Shown: positions 8,779 through 18,471, counted from the first letter of the stretch. The stretch: DNA of 52,261 nt from an uncultured archaeon (GCA_964442255.1 CAYTYC010000009.1:1-52261), one strand, 5' to 3'. Numbers and translations: made by a program. Notes: generated by a model from the letters alone, not told the origin.

Positions 8779-10548
8779 TCACCCGGTGTAAAAGAATTCC
8801 CCTTTCTCTTTCTGTTCGCGGTCCTTCAGGGAAGAAGGCTTGTTTGCCCTCGGCCGCCTGGATTCAGGGTCCCTGCGGAAAGAAACATTCATCTGCCTCA
8901 AAAAAGAATTCATTCCCTCCCTCATGTCCTTTGGCTTCCTTCCAATCCCTTTTCTTCCCGGCTCTCCCTCAAAAACCATCAGCCTGTCGGAAATATAGTC
9001 AATGAACAAAATGTCGTGATCCACAACCAAGGCGGTTTTGTCGGTTTTCTCCACCACGGCACGGATTGCATCCGCTGCCCTTAACCTTTCCTCCACATCC
9101 AGGAAAGCGGAGGGCTCATCCAAAAGAAACAAATCCGCTTCACGGGACAACGCCAAAGCGATTGCAACTTTTTGCAGCTGTCCCCCGCTCAAGGAGGAAA
9201 GCTGCTGGTCCATCAGGGGCCTGAGCTTCAGCCTCCTTTCAATTTCGGATTCCATTATTTCGCGGTTCAGTTTTTCCTGCGCAAACAATTCCTGCACGGA
9301 AACGCCTTCCGCCGCCTTCAGGTACTGGGATTTGCAGGAAACCTTTAAGCCGAGGGAAAGTTCGGTGTTGTCTGGGGCAAATTCGGAGGCAAGCATTTTA
9401 ACGAAAGTCGTTTTTCCCGTTGCATTCGGCCCAAGGATTCCGAGGGTTTCCGCCTTAAAGAGTTCCGCGGATTCAACTGAAAGCGAAAAGTTTTCAAACT
9501 TTTTTTCCAGCGCAGGGTAAGAAATTAAGGGCTTCCTTTTTTGCGGGGAAGAAGGGGGCTTGGCCTCAAAGGAAATCTCTTTTTCCCTGAACCTTATGTT
9601 TTCTTCCTTCAAAAAGCCTGCAAGGAATTCGTTTAACCCGTTCCTCACGCTCTTCACCCCGCTCACAACGCCGTAAGCTGCGGGGGTTCCATACAAAACG
9701 TGAACGTAATCGCTTAAGTAATCCAAAACAGCCAAATCGTGTTCCACAACCAAAACTGAAACCTTTTCCTGTGCAAGCGAGGAAAGCAGGGAAGCGATTT
9801 TCAGGCGCTGCCTTATGTCCAGGTAAGAGCTGGGCTCGTCAAAAAAATAGAGTTCCGCTTTTTTGAGGAGCGTGGCGGCGATTGCAATCCTCTGCAGTTC
9901 GCCTCCGGAAACATTTGAAATATCGTTGTCCAAAACGTTCCGGAGTTCCAGTTCAGAGACAATTTTTTCCAGTTTCCCGGTTTCATCCACTTTTTCCAGA
10001 AGGCTTTTCACTTTTCCCCTGAATGTTTCAGGAATCAGGTTAACGTTCTGCGGTTTTACAGCAACGGAAATTTTTTTTTCCTTAAGCTTTTCAAAGAAAT
10101 TCATCAATTCTTTTCCCTTAAAGAAGTGCACCACTTCATCCAAGGAAGCCTTTTTCCCCAAATTCCCGAGGTTTGGGGTTAATTCATTTGAAAGAATCTT
10201 TAAGGCAGTGCTTTTCCCTGTTCCGTTCGCGCCCACCAGCCCAATAACAGGGCCTTCCTTCGGGTAAGGCAAGCCATACAAACGGAAGCCGTTTTCTCCG
10301 AACCGGTGCACTGGCGTATCGAGTTCGGATGGAAGGTTGATTATCCGGATTGCTGAAAAAGGGCACTTGTGGACGCAGATTCCGCATCCGGTGCAAAGGG
10401 TTTCGGAAATCAGGGGCTTTTTGTCTTCCTCCCGCCGGACAATGCATTCCTTTCCGGTTCTGTTTACGGGGCAGCTCCTAATACAGAGCCAACCCCCGCA
10501 TTTTTTGGGGGAACAGCGGTCGTAATCAATTACTGCAATTCTCGGCAT
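8779..10548 (-). CDS. rli: ABCE1/RLI1 ribosome recycling ATPase
   Basis: N-terminal Fe-S cluster cysteines, two ABC domains, C-terminal FRRDPESRRPRANK. Confidence 0.97.
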   Translation of the reverse strand: MPRIAVIDYDRCSPKKCGGWLCIRSCPVNRTGKECIVRREEDKKPLISETLCTGCGICVHKCPFSAIRIINLPSELDTPVHRFGENGFRLYGLPYPKEGPVIGLVGANGTGKSTALKILSNELTPNLGNLGKKASLDEVVHFFKGKELMNFFEKLKEKKISVAVKPQNVNLIPETFRGKVKSLLEKVDETGKLEKIVSELELRNVLDNDISNVSGGELQRIAIAATLLKKAELYFFDEPSSYLDIRQRLKIASLLSSLAQEKVSVLVVEHDLAVLDYLSDYVHVLYGTPAAYGVVSGVKSVRNGLNEFLAGFLKEENIRFREKEISFEAKPPSSPQKRKPLISYPALEKKFENFSLSVESAELFKAETLGILGPNATGKTTFVKMLASEFAPDNTELSLGLKVSCKSQYLKAAEGVSVQELFAQEKLNREIMESEIERRLKLRPLMDQQLSSLSGGQLQKVAIALALSREADLFLLDEPSAFLDVEERLRAADAIRAVVEKTDKTALVVDHDILFIDYISDRLMVFEGEPGRKGIGRKPKDMREGMNSFLRQMNVSFRRDPESRRPRANKPSSLKDREQKEKGEFFYTG

Positions 10549-10591
10549 TTCAGGTCCCCTGTTTATTAAAAAGACTGTGTGAAGCGAATAC

Positions 10592-10714
10592 CTACAATTT
10601 CCCGATAGCTGTTAAAAGTTTTTTGTGTCCCTTCACAAGCCTGCTGAATTCTTCCAGTTCCCTTGCAACAATTTTATAACGCAGCCTGTCTTTTGAATTC
10701 CCTGATTTTTCCAT
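10592..10714 (-). CDS. Small 40-aa protein overlapping the Doc gene end; possible antitoxin
   Basis: Hand translation MEKSGNSKDRLRYKIVARELEEFSRLVKGHKKLLTAIGKL*; below the ORF-track cutoff. Confidence 0.5.
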   Translation of the reverse strand: MEKSGNSKDRLRYKIVARELEEFSRLVKGHKKLLTAIGKL

Positions 10715-11090
10715 TCTTTATCCACTCCTTTATCTCTTTATCAGAACAATATCCTTCCCTTATGCCAGGCATTACCCTGGCGTTTTTGGGGTCATCTGCA
10801 ATGCAAAGCCTTCCCTTGTCCATCACAAGAAAATATTTCATTGCAATGAAAGCTGTTCGCCTGTTTCCGCTTGCAAAGGGATGCCCCTGAACCCGGCCTT
10901 TAAGCAAGACAACCGCCTTATCATGGGGTGTTCCTTTGGTTTTCTTACAGGAATCAAGAACCCCCGAAATCTTCCCTCTACTTAAAACCTTGGCTGAATC
11001 CGCCTTTTTTACCCTAATCACATTCAAAGCAAGTGAATTGAATTCAACAATTTTATCGACAGCCGGATAAGTTACCATGACAAAAACCAT
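10674..11090 (-). CDS. Fic/Doc family toxin (Doc-like)
   Basis: HPFASGNRRTA motif, short single domain. Confidence 0.85.
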   Translation of the reverse strand: MVFVMVTYPAVDKIVEFNSLALNVIRVKKADSAKVLSRGKISGVLDSCKKTKGTPHDKAVVLLKGRVQGHPFASGNRRTAFIAMKYFLVMDKGRLCIADDPKNARVMPGIREGYCSDKEIKEWIKNGKIREFKRQAAL

Positions 11091-11164
11091 GCACGAAAGA
11101 GTTAATAAAAATACCCAAAAAAAACTATCATCCTTTAAATTGATTTTTCCTTTCTACTTTTTGA

Positions 11165-12205
11165 ATGAAAGTGCTGAAAGTGGACAGGAAAGAGCAGTAT
11201 CTTGAGGTAGTGCCGCAAACCCTCACTGATTTGTGGCATCTGGAAAGAATCATTGAGCCCTCGGATTTGGTGAAAGGAAAAAGCGAACGAAAAATCAAGG
11301 GGGAAGAGGGGAGAAGCGCGCAAAAGATTACTGTTTCAGCCACAGTGGAAGCGGAAAAGATTGAGTTCCACGAGCACGCGCATCAGCTGCGTGTTTCGGG
11401 AAAGCTGGTGGAATTAAAGCCGGAAGAATTCTTTGATGCTGGCGCATTCCACTCCGTGGAAGTGGAATTAAACAAGAAAATTTCAATCAAAAAGAAAAAA
11501 CTGAAAGGACACCAGATTGAAAGGCTGGAAAAGGCGGTGAAGGCTTCAAGGGCAGAGGAAACCGCGCTGGTTGTGTTGGACGACGAAGAGGCAACAATTG
11601 CCTTGCTGAAGGAATTCGGGGCAGAGGGGAAGGCAAACATTAAAAGCGGAAAGCAGGGGAAAAGAATGGAAGGGGAAAAAGGCAGGGAAGGAAAATATTT
11701 CACTGAAATAACTGAAAAAGTCAGGGAACTGAATGCGCCGAAAACCGTTGTTGCCGGCCCGGGGTTCACGAAAAACAATTTCAAAAAATATTTGCAGGAA
11801 AAAGGCGTGAAGCTCAACGCTTTTTATGCCTCCACTAACTCCGTGGGAATAACGGGATTGAATGAACTGCTTGCCTCTCAGCAAATGGAAAAATTCTTTG
11901 AGCAGAGCTTGATTCTGGAAGAAAACAAGTTAATGGAAAAGGCTCTGGCGGAAATCTATAAAGGCACAGGGCTTACCGCATACGGCCTAAAGGAATTGAA
12001 GGAAGCCGTTGAAAAAGGCGCCGTGGGGGAATTAATGGTGAGCGACAAGCTTCTTTTGGAAAAACGGAATGATGTTGAGGAACTGCTGGGGAAAGCGGAG
12101 GAAACAGGCGCAAAAGTGCACGTGCTTTCCTCCTCGCATGACGCCGGAAAAAAACTGGACGGATTCGGGGGAGGCATTGCGTTTTTGAGGTTTGCGGTTG
12201 AATAA
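11165..12205 (+). CDS. pelA: Pelota (aPelota/Dom34) ribosome rescue factor
   Basis: DLWHL, VAGPGFTK, TAYG, LDGFGGGIAFLRF. Confidence 0.95.
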   Translation: MKVLKVDRKEQYLEVVPQTLTDLWHLERIIEPSDLVKGKSERKIKGEEGRSAQKITVSATVEAEKIEFHEHAHQLRVSGKLVELKPEEFFDAGAFHSVEVELNKKISIKKKKLKGHQIERLEKAVKASRAEETALVVLDDEEATIALLKEFGAEGKANIKSGKQGKRMEGEKGREGKYFTEITEKVRELNAPKTVVAGPGFTKNNFKKYLQEKGVKLNAFYASTNSVGITGLNELLASQQMEKFFEQSLILEENKLMEKALAEIYKGTGLTAYGLKELKEAVEKGAVGELMVSDKLLLEKRNDVEELLGKAEETGAKVHVLSSSHDAGKKLDGFGGGIAFLRFAVE

Positions 12206-12308
12206 AAAAAGCAAAAGAACTGAAAACTCATTTTCTGTGTGCGGCTATTCTTTTTTTCAGTGAGTCATACGTTGATTTATCTGTCTTCGCTTTTTTTTAT
12301 CCCTGCCT

Positions 12309-12834
12309 TCAACAAAAACTTTTGGCCGCTTTAAGCCTTTCAATCCCTTTTGGCTGAACAGCCAAAGAAAGTGCTTGAAGAATACGCTTACTGGAAACTC
12401 TAATTCCAGTGATATCGGCTTCAACCCCCCTGGAGCCGGTTAACCTTGCGTGCCTCAAATTAGCGCCACGCAAATCAGCATTACTAAAATCCGCACGCGA
12501 TAAATCCGCGTTTTCTAAACTCGCAGACCTCAAAACAGCCCCACTAAAATTCGCGCGCTCCAGCGACGCAAAATTCAAAACCACCTCATTCAAATCAGCT
12601 CCACTAAAATTCACATGCCTCAAATCTGCGCCGGCCAAATGCGCACCACGCAAATTTACATTACTCAAATTAAAGTGTACTATTCGGAGATGCAATAAAT
12701 TCAAACCACTCAAATCAAGGTTTATGCGCTCCAAATCTTTCCTAAAGGCCGCATGGTCAATAAGACCGCCCTCCAGATATTCGTTGTTGCGCAATCTTCG
12801 AAGAACATCTTCTTTGGTAATTTTTTTCAGCCAT
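12309..12834 (-). CDS. Pentapeptide repeat protein; probable frameshift in an A7 run near the start
   Basis: A(D/N)Lxx repeats; the ATG at 12834 joins the ORF frame only if one A is removed from the run at 12821-12827. Confidence 0.7.
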
Positions 12835-12840
12835 AAGACA

Positions 12841-13842
12841 TTAAACCATTTTTCCCTTTAACGCCTCACTGATTGCCTGCTCTGTTTCCTCTTTTGAAAC
12901 CCCGCCCTTCAAAAGCGCGTTCCTTATCTGCTGTACGGAGTATCCCCTTTTGAAGTATTCCTGCACAAAGTCAACGTAAATTGCCTTTGTTTTTTTTGGC
13001 TGAAGGGAAGGCAAAGAAAGCTGTTTGGTGAATTTCTCTTTTTTTTCCCTGAAATCCTTGCGTGCGGGGGGCGGACGGTGCTTGAAGGCATAGTGAATGA
13101 GGACAGCGAAAACAAAGACCGCAATTAAAAGCAGGGGCAAAAACATCCAGAAGTCCTGGAAAAACGTGAAGGCCACGGGGCGGTATTTAATGTGAAGGGT
13201 TTCCTTTCCCCGCAGTGCCCCGGAAGAGTAAACATATTGCCCGTTTTCCTCAGTGTAGCCGGAGGGGGAAAGCTCAATTAATTCGCCTTCAACCTTTACC
13301 TTTAGTTCATCAACCAAAGCGGAGCCGGTTGTTGCGCTGATTGGGACAGTGAACTCAAAAACGCTGTTTTCATTTGAGGCCGACAATTTGTTTAACTGCC
13401 GGGTTTCAGGGGCGGACTCCATTTCCCCCAGGAGTTTGGAAAGCCTTTGCACGTCCTCAAAGGAAAGCGTGTTCTCAAAGGTAAGCGTTCCCCTGGTTTC
13501 CTGCCTTGAAAAACTGCAACTGAGGTTTTTTAAATAAATTTTAATGAATTCTTCCGCGTCAGTTGTTTCTCCAAGCGCGGAATCAGGGGAAGATTCGGAT
13601 TTTGATAAATTCATTAAAACAAGCAGCCGGCCGATTTCGGCGGAAAACTTTTCAGTGCAGTCGCCTTCCCATTCGTCCGCAACCCCTTCCACCAGCTTTC
13701 CTTCAGTTATGCTTTTCTGGGTGAAGGAGCCGGAAGAAGAAAAAGCCACCTCCATTTTTGCGGTTTCCTGTTCAATGGGCAGAGTGCAGCCAAACAAAAA
13801 AACTGCAAGGAGCAATACTGTTAGTAAGGGGAGTGAACGCAT
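12841..13842 (-). CDS. Membrane-anchored surface protein (lipobox-like N-terminus, C-terminal TM, small cytoplasmic helical domain)
   Basis: LLAVFLFGC, TM near aa 230-255, C-terminal GYSVQQIRNALLKGG. Confidence 0.65.
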   Translation of the reverse strand: MRSLPLLTVLLLAVFLFGCTLPIEQETAKMEVAFSSSGSFTQKSITEGKLVEGVADEWEGDCTEKFSAEIGRLLVLMNLSKSESSPDSALGETTDAEEFIKIYLKNLSCSFSRQETRGTLTFENTLSFEDVQRLSKLLGEMESAPETRQLNKLSASNENSVFEFTVPISATTGSALVDELKVKVEGELIELSPSGYTEENGQYVYSSGALRGKETLHIKYRPVAFTFFQDFWMFLPLLLIAVFVFAVLIHYAFKHRPPPARKDFREKKEKFTKQLSLPSLQPKKTKAIYVDFVQEYFKRGYSVQQIRNALLKGGVSKEETEQAISEALKGKMV

Positions 13843-13878
13843 ACGGAAGAAAAGGTTTTGGATATATTTAAAAGTTGC

Positions 13879-14238
13879 CTATTCCACCCTTGCCTCAAAC
13901 CATTCAACCCTCTTGGCTTTCACCAGCGCACGGACTCTTTTCTGCTTTTCGTTTAAGGAAGAGGTTGAGGCCTTGAACTCGCATATTACGATTTTGTCCG
14001 GCTCGAAGGCGATTCCGTCAACCGGAGAGCCAATAAAACGGAAGTTTTCGCTGGAAAACGGAAAATCCCTGGAAAGCGGAAGCCACTGTTCCGTAAGCTT
14101 TCCGTACTTCACGGACTGGCTGGACTTAAGGAATTTCAATTCCGTCAGCTCGGCCTTAAGCCTGCTGTACAAATGGAAGAGAACAGCCGCAAGCAAGGCG
14201 AAAAGCAAAACCAAGGAAAGCAAAAACAATTCAAGCAT
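13879..14238 (-). CDS. Holliday junction resolvase-like endonuclease (Endonuc_Holl, PD-(D/E)xK) with N-terminal TM
   Basis: SVKYGKLTEQ, FRFIGSPVDGIAF, ICEFK, LNEKQKRV. Confidence 0.85.
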   Translation of the reverse strand: MLELFLLSLVLLFALLAAVLFHLYSRLKAELTELKFLKSSQSVKYGKLTEQWLPLSRDFPFSSENFRFIGSPVDGIAFEPDKIVICEFKASTSSLNEKQKRVRALVKAKRVEWFEARVE

Positions 14239-14259
14239 CCAAATACCTTTACTTTTTTG

Positions 14260-14393
14260 ATAAAACTTCCTTGCAAAACCTTTGGTTTTGCGAGGCCCCG
14301 TAACGTTGGAAACCTGCAGGTTTCCGACGCGTCAAAAAAACCGCAAGGTTTTTTAACGACGCGAAGCGTTTACAAGGTTTCCTAAAAAGTTTT
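14260..14393. repeat. Dispersed multi-hairpin palindromic repeat, copy 1
   Basis: Hairpins gcaaaacc/ggttttgc, ggaaacc/ggtttcc and aaaaaacc/ggtttttt; close match to 46115-46197 (reverse strand) and 45991-46066. Confidence 0.85.
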
Positions 14394-14741
14394 TTAGAAG
14401 TATTTAACCCCGTCACCTGTCAGGGTGACAATTTCAAAGGCCTTGTTTGCTTCCTTTAATGCGGCAATCAACGCCATGTGCTCTTTTCCGTTCCCTGAAA
14501 CAAGGCTTAAAGCGATGTTTCCGTCAGGGAGCTTGTCCTTCATTTCCTTCACCAAAACATCAAAAGGCGCGCGGTTGTTCACAATAATCCAGTTGCATTC
14601 CTTTGAGGGAGTGAAGTTTTCCTTGCCCCAGTCATTGGAAACCAGCACAATGTTGTCCCATTCCTCGTCGGCAATAAGCCTGGCGACATGCCCCCAAGTG
14701 CCTTTTCCAACGCCAAGCACTGCCATAAAAGATTTTCCCAT
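14394..14741 (-). CDS. Conserved hypothetical alpha/beta protein (possibly CARF-like Rossmann fold)
   Basis: ATG at 14741 after AGGAGG SD; GKGTWGHV and ALSLVSGNGKEHM motifs. Confidence 0.7.
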   Translation of the reverse strand: MGKSFMAVLGVGKGTWGHVARLIADEEWDNIVLVSNDWGKENFTPSKECNWIIVNNRAPFDVLVKEMKDKLPDGNIALSLVSGNGKEHMALIAALKEANKAFEIVTLTGDGVKYF

Positions 14742-14840
14742 AAATTTGACCTCCTGAAAAAACCGTTTAATCTTAGGCATTATATTATAATATATATTTA
14801 TATAAGGCAAGGCTCGGGAAAAAGCAAAGAATAAGGGCAC

Positions 14841-16418
14841 TTAGGCTACTTTTTTCACCATGTAAGGCCCTGAAACACGGAATCCAAAGCGTTTATAGTA
14901 GGGTTTAACGCCTATTCCGCTTAAAACAACTATTTTTCTGCTCTTGAGGCAGCAGGGGCTTTCCCTGGCTTTTTCTTCCGCAATTTTCAGCAGCCTTTGG
15001 CCTATTCCGCGGTGCTGGAATTCGCCTTCGGAAGGCTTTTTTCCGAGGGGAAGGGAATGCGAGAAAACATGGAGTTCGCGGATTAAGGCGGAGTTTTTCA
15101 GTTCCTTCCGGAAAGGCTTTTCCGGAACCCTCAGCCTGCAAAAGCCATAAAGCAGCCCATTTTTCTTGTCCTCCAATGAAATGAAGTGCTCGGTTCCATT
15201 GGAGGCGGAATAAGTTTCAGTTAAGTAAACCGCGTCATCCAGTGAAGCTTTCCCGGATTCCCGGAGGCCGACTTCCCTGCAGCGGATGCAATTGCATTTC
15301 AGGCCCTTTTTTCTGAGCTCCTCGTGCACCAGTTCGCGGAGATTGCTTTTTTTTACCCCAAAAGAAATTGCTTTCGCGGGAATGTCCCTTTGAACCCTCA
15401 TTACCCTCACCCACCGGGGAAAAAACTGTTTGGCTTCCGCAATCAGGGAGGCCGCCTTTTTGTCGGAGAGCGGCTTAAAGGCCCCGTTTTCAACCCATTC
15501 TTTTAGCCGGGAGTTTTCCGTAACCAGGCAGGGATAAATTTTCAGCATGTCCGGCTTAAAATCAGGGTTGGAAAAAATTTCCTTAAAGGCTTTCAGGTCC
15601 TTTCTTTTGTTTGAATAGGGAAGGCCGGGCATCATGTGGTAGCACACCTTGAAAGCCGAGTCCTTTAGGAGGAATGTTGCGTTCACCACATCCTTTACTG
15701 TGTGCCCGCGGTTAATTTTCCCGTAAATTTCATCGTAAATTGTCTGCACCCCCAACTCCACCCGGGTTGCGCCAAAGGAAAGCATTCGGTTGACTTCCTT
15801 TTTTCCGCAAAAGTCCGGGCGCGTTTCAACCGTCAAACCGATTAAGCGGTTTTCGGCTTTTTCCGCAAGAATTTTGGCGCGTTCAAGCGAAGAAGTTTTT
15901 CTTCCAGTCAATCCCTCCAGACAGCCTTTCACAAATTTTTTCTGGTAAGAAGGGGAAGTGGAAAGAAAAGTTCCGCCCATTATGATGAGGTGGGTTTTTT
16001 CAGTGGAATGGCCCGTGGCATGGAGCTGGGAGAGGCGGTTTCGGGTTTGGGTGAATGAATCAAAATCGTTTGCTAATCCCCTCATTGTTGCCGGCTCCAG
16101 CCCGGTGTAGCTTTTTGGAACAGCCCTGTCCACAGGGTCAGGGCAGTAAACGCATTTTCCGGGGCACTTGTGCGGCTTTACCATCACCGCAACTACGGCC
16201 ATTCCGCTTGCGCTGCGCACCGGTTTTAGTGTGAGGAGGGAAAGGAGCAGGGGAGTTTTTTTTTCCGCAAATTCTAAAATTGTCGGGTTGGTGGGCAGCT
16301 TTTTTATTCCGTGCTTTTTTGCGAGGCGGTTTTTAAGTGCATTCAGTTCGTCTTTTGAGGCAATTTTTCCGGAACGGATTGACTTCAATACTTCAAGGCA
16401 GTATTCGCGTAAAGGCAA
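14841..16418 (-). CDS. elp3: Elp3 tRNA uridine(34) acetyltransferase (radical SAM + GNAT)
   Basis: CPGKCVYCP, ETRPD, VELGVQ, RVQRDIP, IRELHV, QHRGIG. Confidence 0.96.
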   Translation of the reverse strand: MPLREYCLEVLKSIRSGKIASKDELNALKNRLAKKHGIKKLPTNPTILEFAEKKTPLLLSLLTLKPVRSASGMAVVAVMVKPHKCPGKCVYCPDPVDRAVPKSYTGLEPATMRGLANDFDSFTQTRNRLSQLHATGHSTEKTHLIIMGGTFLSTSPSYQKKFVKGCLEGLTGRKTSSLERAKILAEKAENRLIGLTVETRPDFCGKKEVNRMLSFGATRVELGVQTIYDEIYGKINRGHTVKDVVNATFLLKDSAFKVCYHMMPGLPYSNKRKDLKAFKEIFSNPDFKPDMLKIYPCLVTENSRLKEWVENGAFKPLSDKKAASLIAEAKQFFPRWVRVMRVQRDIPAKAISFGVKKSNLRELVHEELRKKGLKCNCIRCREVGLRESGKASLDDAVYLTETYSASNGTEHFISLEDKKNGLLYGFCRLRVPEKPFRKELKNSALIRELHVFSHSLPLGKKPSEGEFQHRGIGQRLLKIAEEKARESPCCLKSRKIVVLSGIGVKPYYKRFGFRVSGPYMVKKVA

Positions 16419-16430
16419 ATTGTTTTCACC

Positions 16431-17237
16431 TTAAGGGACAAGCAAAGAAAAAAAGGAGTTAAAGAGATAAAAGGGAAAAAGGTTTGGGGTGAAAAAAGGG
16501 AAGCCGTAAAAGCCCGCCTCGTACTTGGATTTAAGTGTCGGCAGGACAGTCAGCCCGGAGGAAAAGGAGCCCAACGCGGAATTGTTTAAGGCGGAAGAAA
16601 TGCGGAAAGAAAAATTTCTTTGACCGTAAACCCTGGGCTCAACCACCAGGTCAATTTCCTTTAATTCTTTTGGCGCAAGGGAAACTTTCCGGGGCTCAAA
16701 CCAGTAGGAAGGCAAAGAGGAGTGAAGGTAAACAGTGTGGGAGGCGATTGAGCTGTTTAAAACGCTTAACCTGTAGTGGGCTTTTTCCCCGAGGGTTACT
16801 TCCCGGGAAAAAGGGTGAAGGGCGGCTGACACCAGATTGCCTTTAACGAACACGACCGCAAAAAATTCTTTGTCCCTTTCCGGCTGCGAGGAGTCAAAAA
16901 CCCGGAACTTTATTCTCCTGCTTCCCTCTTCCGCGTTCAACGGAACAAACACATTCACCTTGACTGTGCGGGAAAATGTTTCCTGCCCGGACTGAAGCCA
17001 GTTCCTTGGCAGGGAATCCCTTACCGCGTGGATTCCGTCCCATTCCAGTTCCGAGCCTGTTTCCCGGGAAACAAGGAATTCAATTGTTTCCCCCCCGGAA
17101 ACGCCCCCCAATTCAATTGTTTCGCCGCCCTGCAGAATTGCTTCAGTTGGCTTGAGGAGGGAAATGTCCGCGGAAACCGGGGAAAGGAAAGCGGATACAA
17201 GGAATAAAACTAAAAGCCTTTTCAATTTTGCCACCAT
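16431..17237 (-). CDS. Secreted/surface hypothetical protein with Ig-like beta domains
   Basis: Signal peptide from the ATG at 17237, beta-rich body, aromatic C-terminus. Confidence 0.7.
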   Translation of the reverse strand: MVAKLKRLLVLFLVSAFLSPVSADISLLKPTEAILQGGETIELGGVSGGETIEFLVSRETGSELEWDGIHAVRDSLPRNWLQSGQETFSRTVKVNVFVPLNAEEGSRRIKFRVFDSSQPERDKEFFAVVFVKGNLVSAALHPFSREVTLGEKAHYRLSVLNSSIASHTVYLHSSLPSYWFEPRKVSLAPKELKEIDLVVEPRVYGQRNFSFRISSALNNSALGSFSSGLTVLPTLKSKYEAGFYGFPFFTPNLFPFYLFNSFFSLLVP

Positions 17238-17303
17238 TATTATTCTGTAGAAAAAGCATTTTAAACTAAAGGTGAAATTATCCCAAAACCAAGAAAAGGG
17301 CTG

Positions 17304-18446
17304 TTGCATGAAGCATTAAAGGACGAAAGGTTCAAAGAAGCAAGGATTAACAGAGCCAACAGGCTTCTCCGGGAAGGCCTGCCTGCATCTCATGTCAGGG
17401 CAGACCTTAAGTATATGCTTGAAGATTACCGGGAGTGGCTGAAAGCCAAACACTTAAAAAAAAAGGGGCGCCCCTTAAGGGAAATAGGTTATTGGCTCGA
17501 CAGGCACCCCGTTGCATTAGGGGAAATGCTTAGGAAGGACAGAAGGCCAAGGTCCATTAGCTCTGCAGCCCCCGGGAAAACAACCAAGCCATTCAGTGCC
17601 ACTTTCGGCCCGGACCTGGCTTTTCTTTCATCGCTTTATAATTCAAAGAAGCTGTGGAAGCGGGGAAGCAACAGAGTTTCAATTAATCAAAACAATGAAC
17701 CCGCATATTCTGAGGCTTTGGCTGCCCTTAGCCGTCTTGGCGTAAAGTGGACTGAGCCAAAAAAAGGCTGGGCAACAGTAAATTCCACTGCATTTATTGA
17801 CAGGCTTGAGGCGCTTACTGTGAGAAGGAGAGCCGTTCCCTTAAAGCATTTGAAAAGCATTGAAGAAATGCAAAAGTATCTTAGGGGGCAAGTGATTTCA
17901 AAAGGATATGTGAAGGCCGGGAACCCAGAAGGGCGCAATAAGATGCCGCTTTTTGTAATCACTGTTAATCTGGCCCACAAAAATGCGGTATTGCTTTTCC
18001 CGGAATTGGGGATGGCGCCAAAATTTTCTGTTCACAAAACCAGGGGCCTTGCAGAAATCTATTTTACCGGAAACGACTTGAAGCGGTTGGCGGAGTCCGG
18101 CCTTCTGAGTGATGCGCAAAAAGCAGAACTGCACAGGGAAATCAAAAAGGTGCCGACCCGCTTGTTTGGCTCTGCAAAAAACAGCAGCTTGGATGACATT
18201 GAGAAGGCGTTAGCGATGAAAGAAAACAGGCGCTCCATAGAAGAAATTCAATCCGCCACAGGAATCGGAAAGAGAAGACTTGACAATTGGTTTCAGAAAA
18301 GGGAATATTCCCCAAAAGCAGTTCAACGGCTTTTGCAGTTGTACGGATTGGCACGCCAGATAGGGTTTCCCACGGATGCCATGGAAGCCCGATGGCCCCA
18401 TGTGATGAAAAATTGGTGGAAATGGAAAAAAAATAAAAAAAAGTAA
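17304..18446 (+). CDS. Basic DNA-binding protein: HTH + degenerate double LAGLIDADG + HTH
   Basis: PDLAFLSSLYNSKK and EMQKYLRGQVISKGYV resemble LAGLIDADG helices; HTH-like GRPLREIGYWL and RSIEEIQSATGIG. Confidence 0.55.
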   Translation: MHEALKDERFKEARINRANRLLREGLPASHVRADLKYMLEDYREWLKAKHLKKKGRPLREIGYWLDRHPVALGEMLRKDRRPRSISSAAPGKTTKPFSATFGPDLAFLSSLYNSKKLWKRGSNRVSINQNNEPAYSEALAALSRLGVKWTEPKKGWATVNSTAFIDRLEALTVRRRAVPLKHLKSIEEMQKYLRGQVISKGYVKAGNPEGRNKMPLFVITVNLAHKNAVLLFPELGMAPKFSVHKTRGLAEIYFTGNDLKRLAESGLLSDAQKAELHREIKKVPTRLFGSAKNSSLDDIEKALAMKENRRSIEEIQSATGIGKRRLDNWFQKREYSPKAVQRLLQLYGLARQIGFPTDAMEARWPHVMKNWWKWKKNKKK

Positions 18447-18471
18447 GTTCCTTTAAAGCAAAGGTGGAAAA

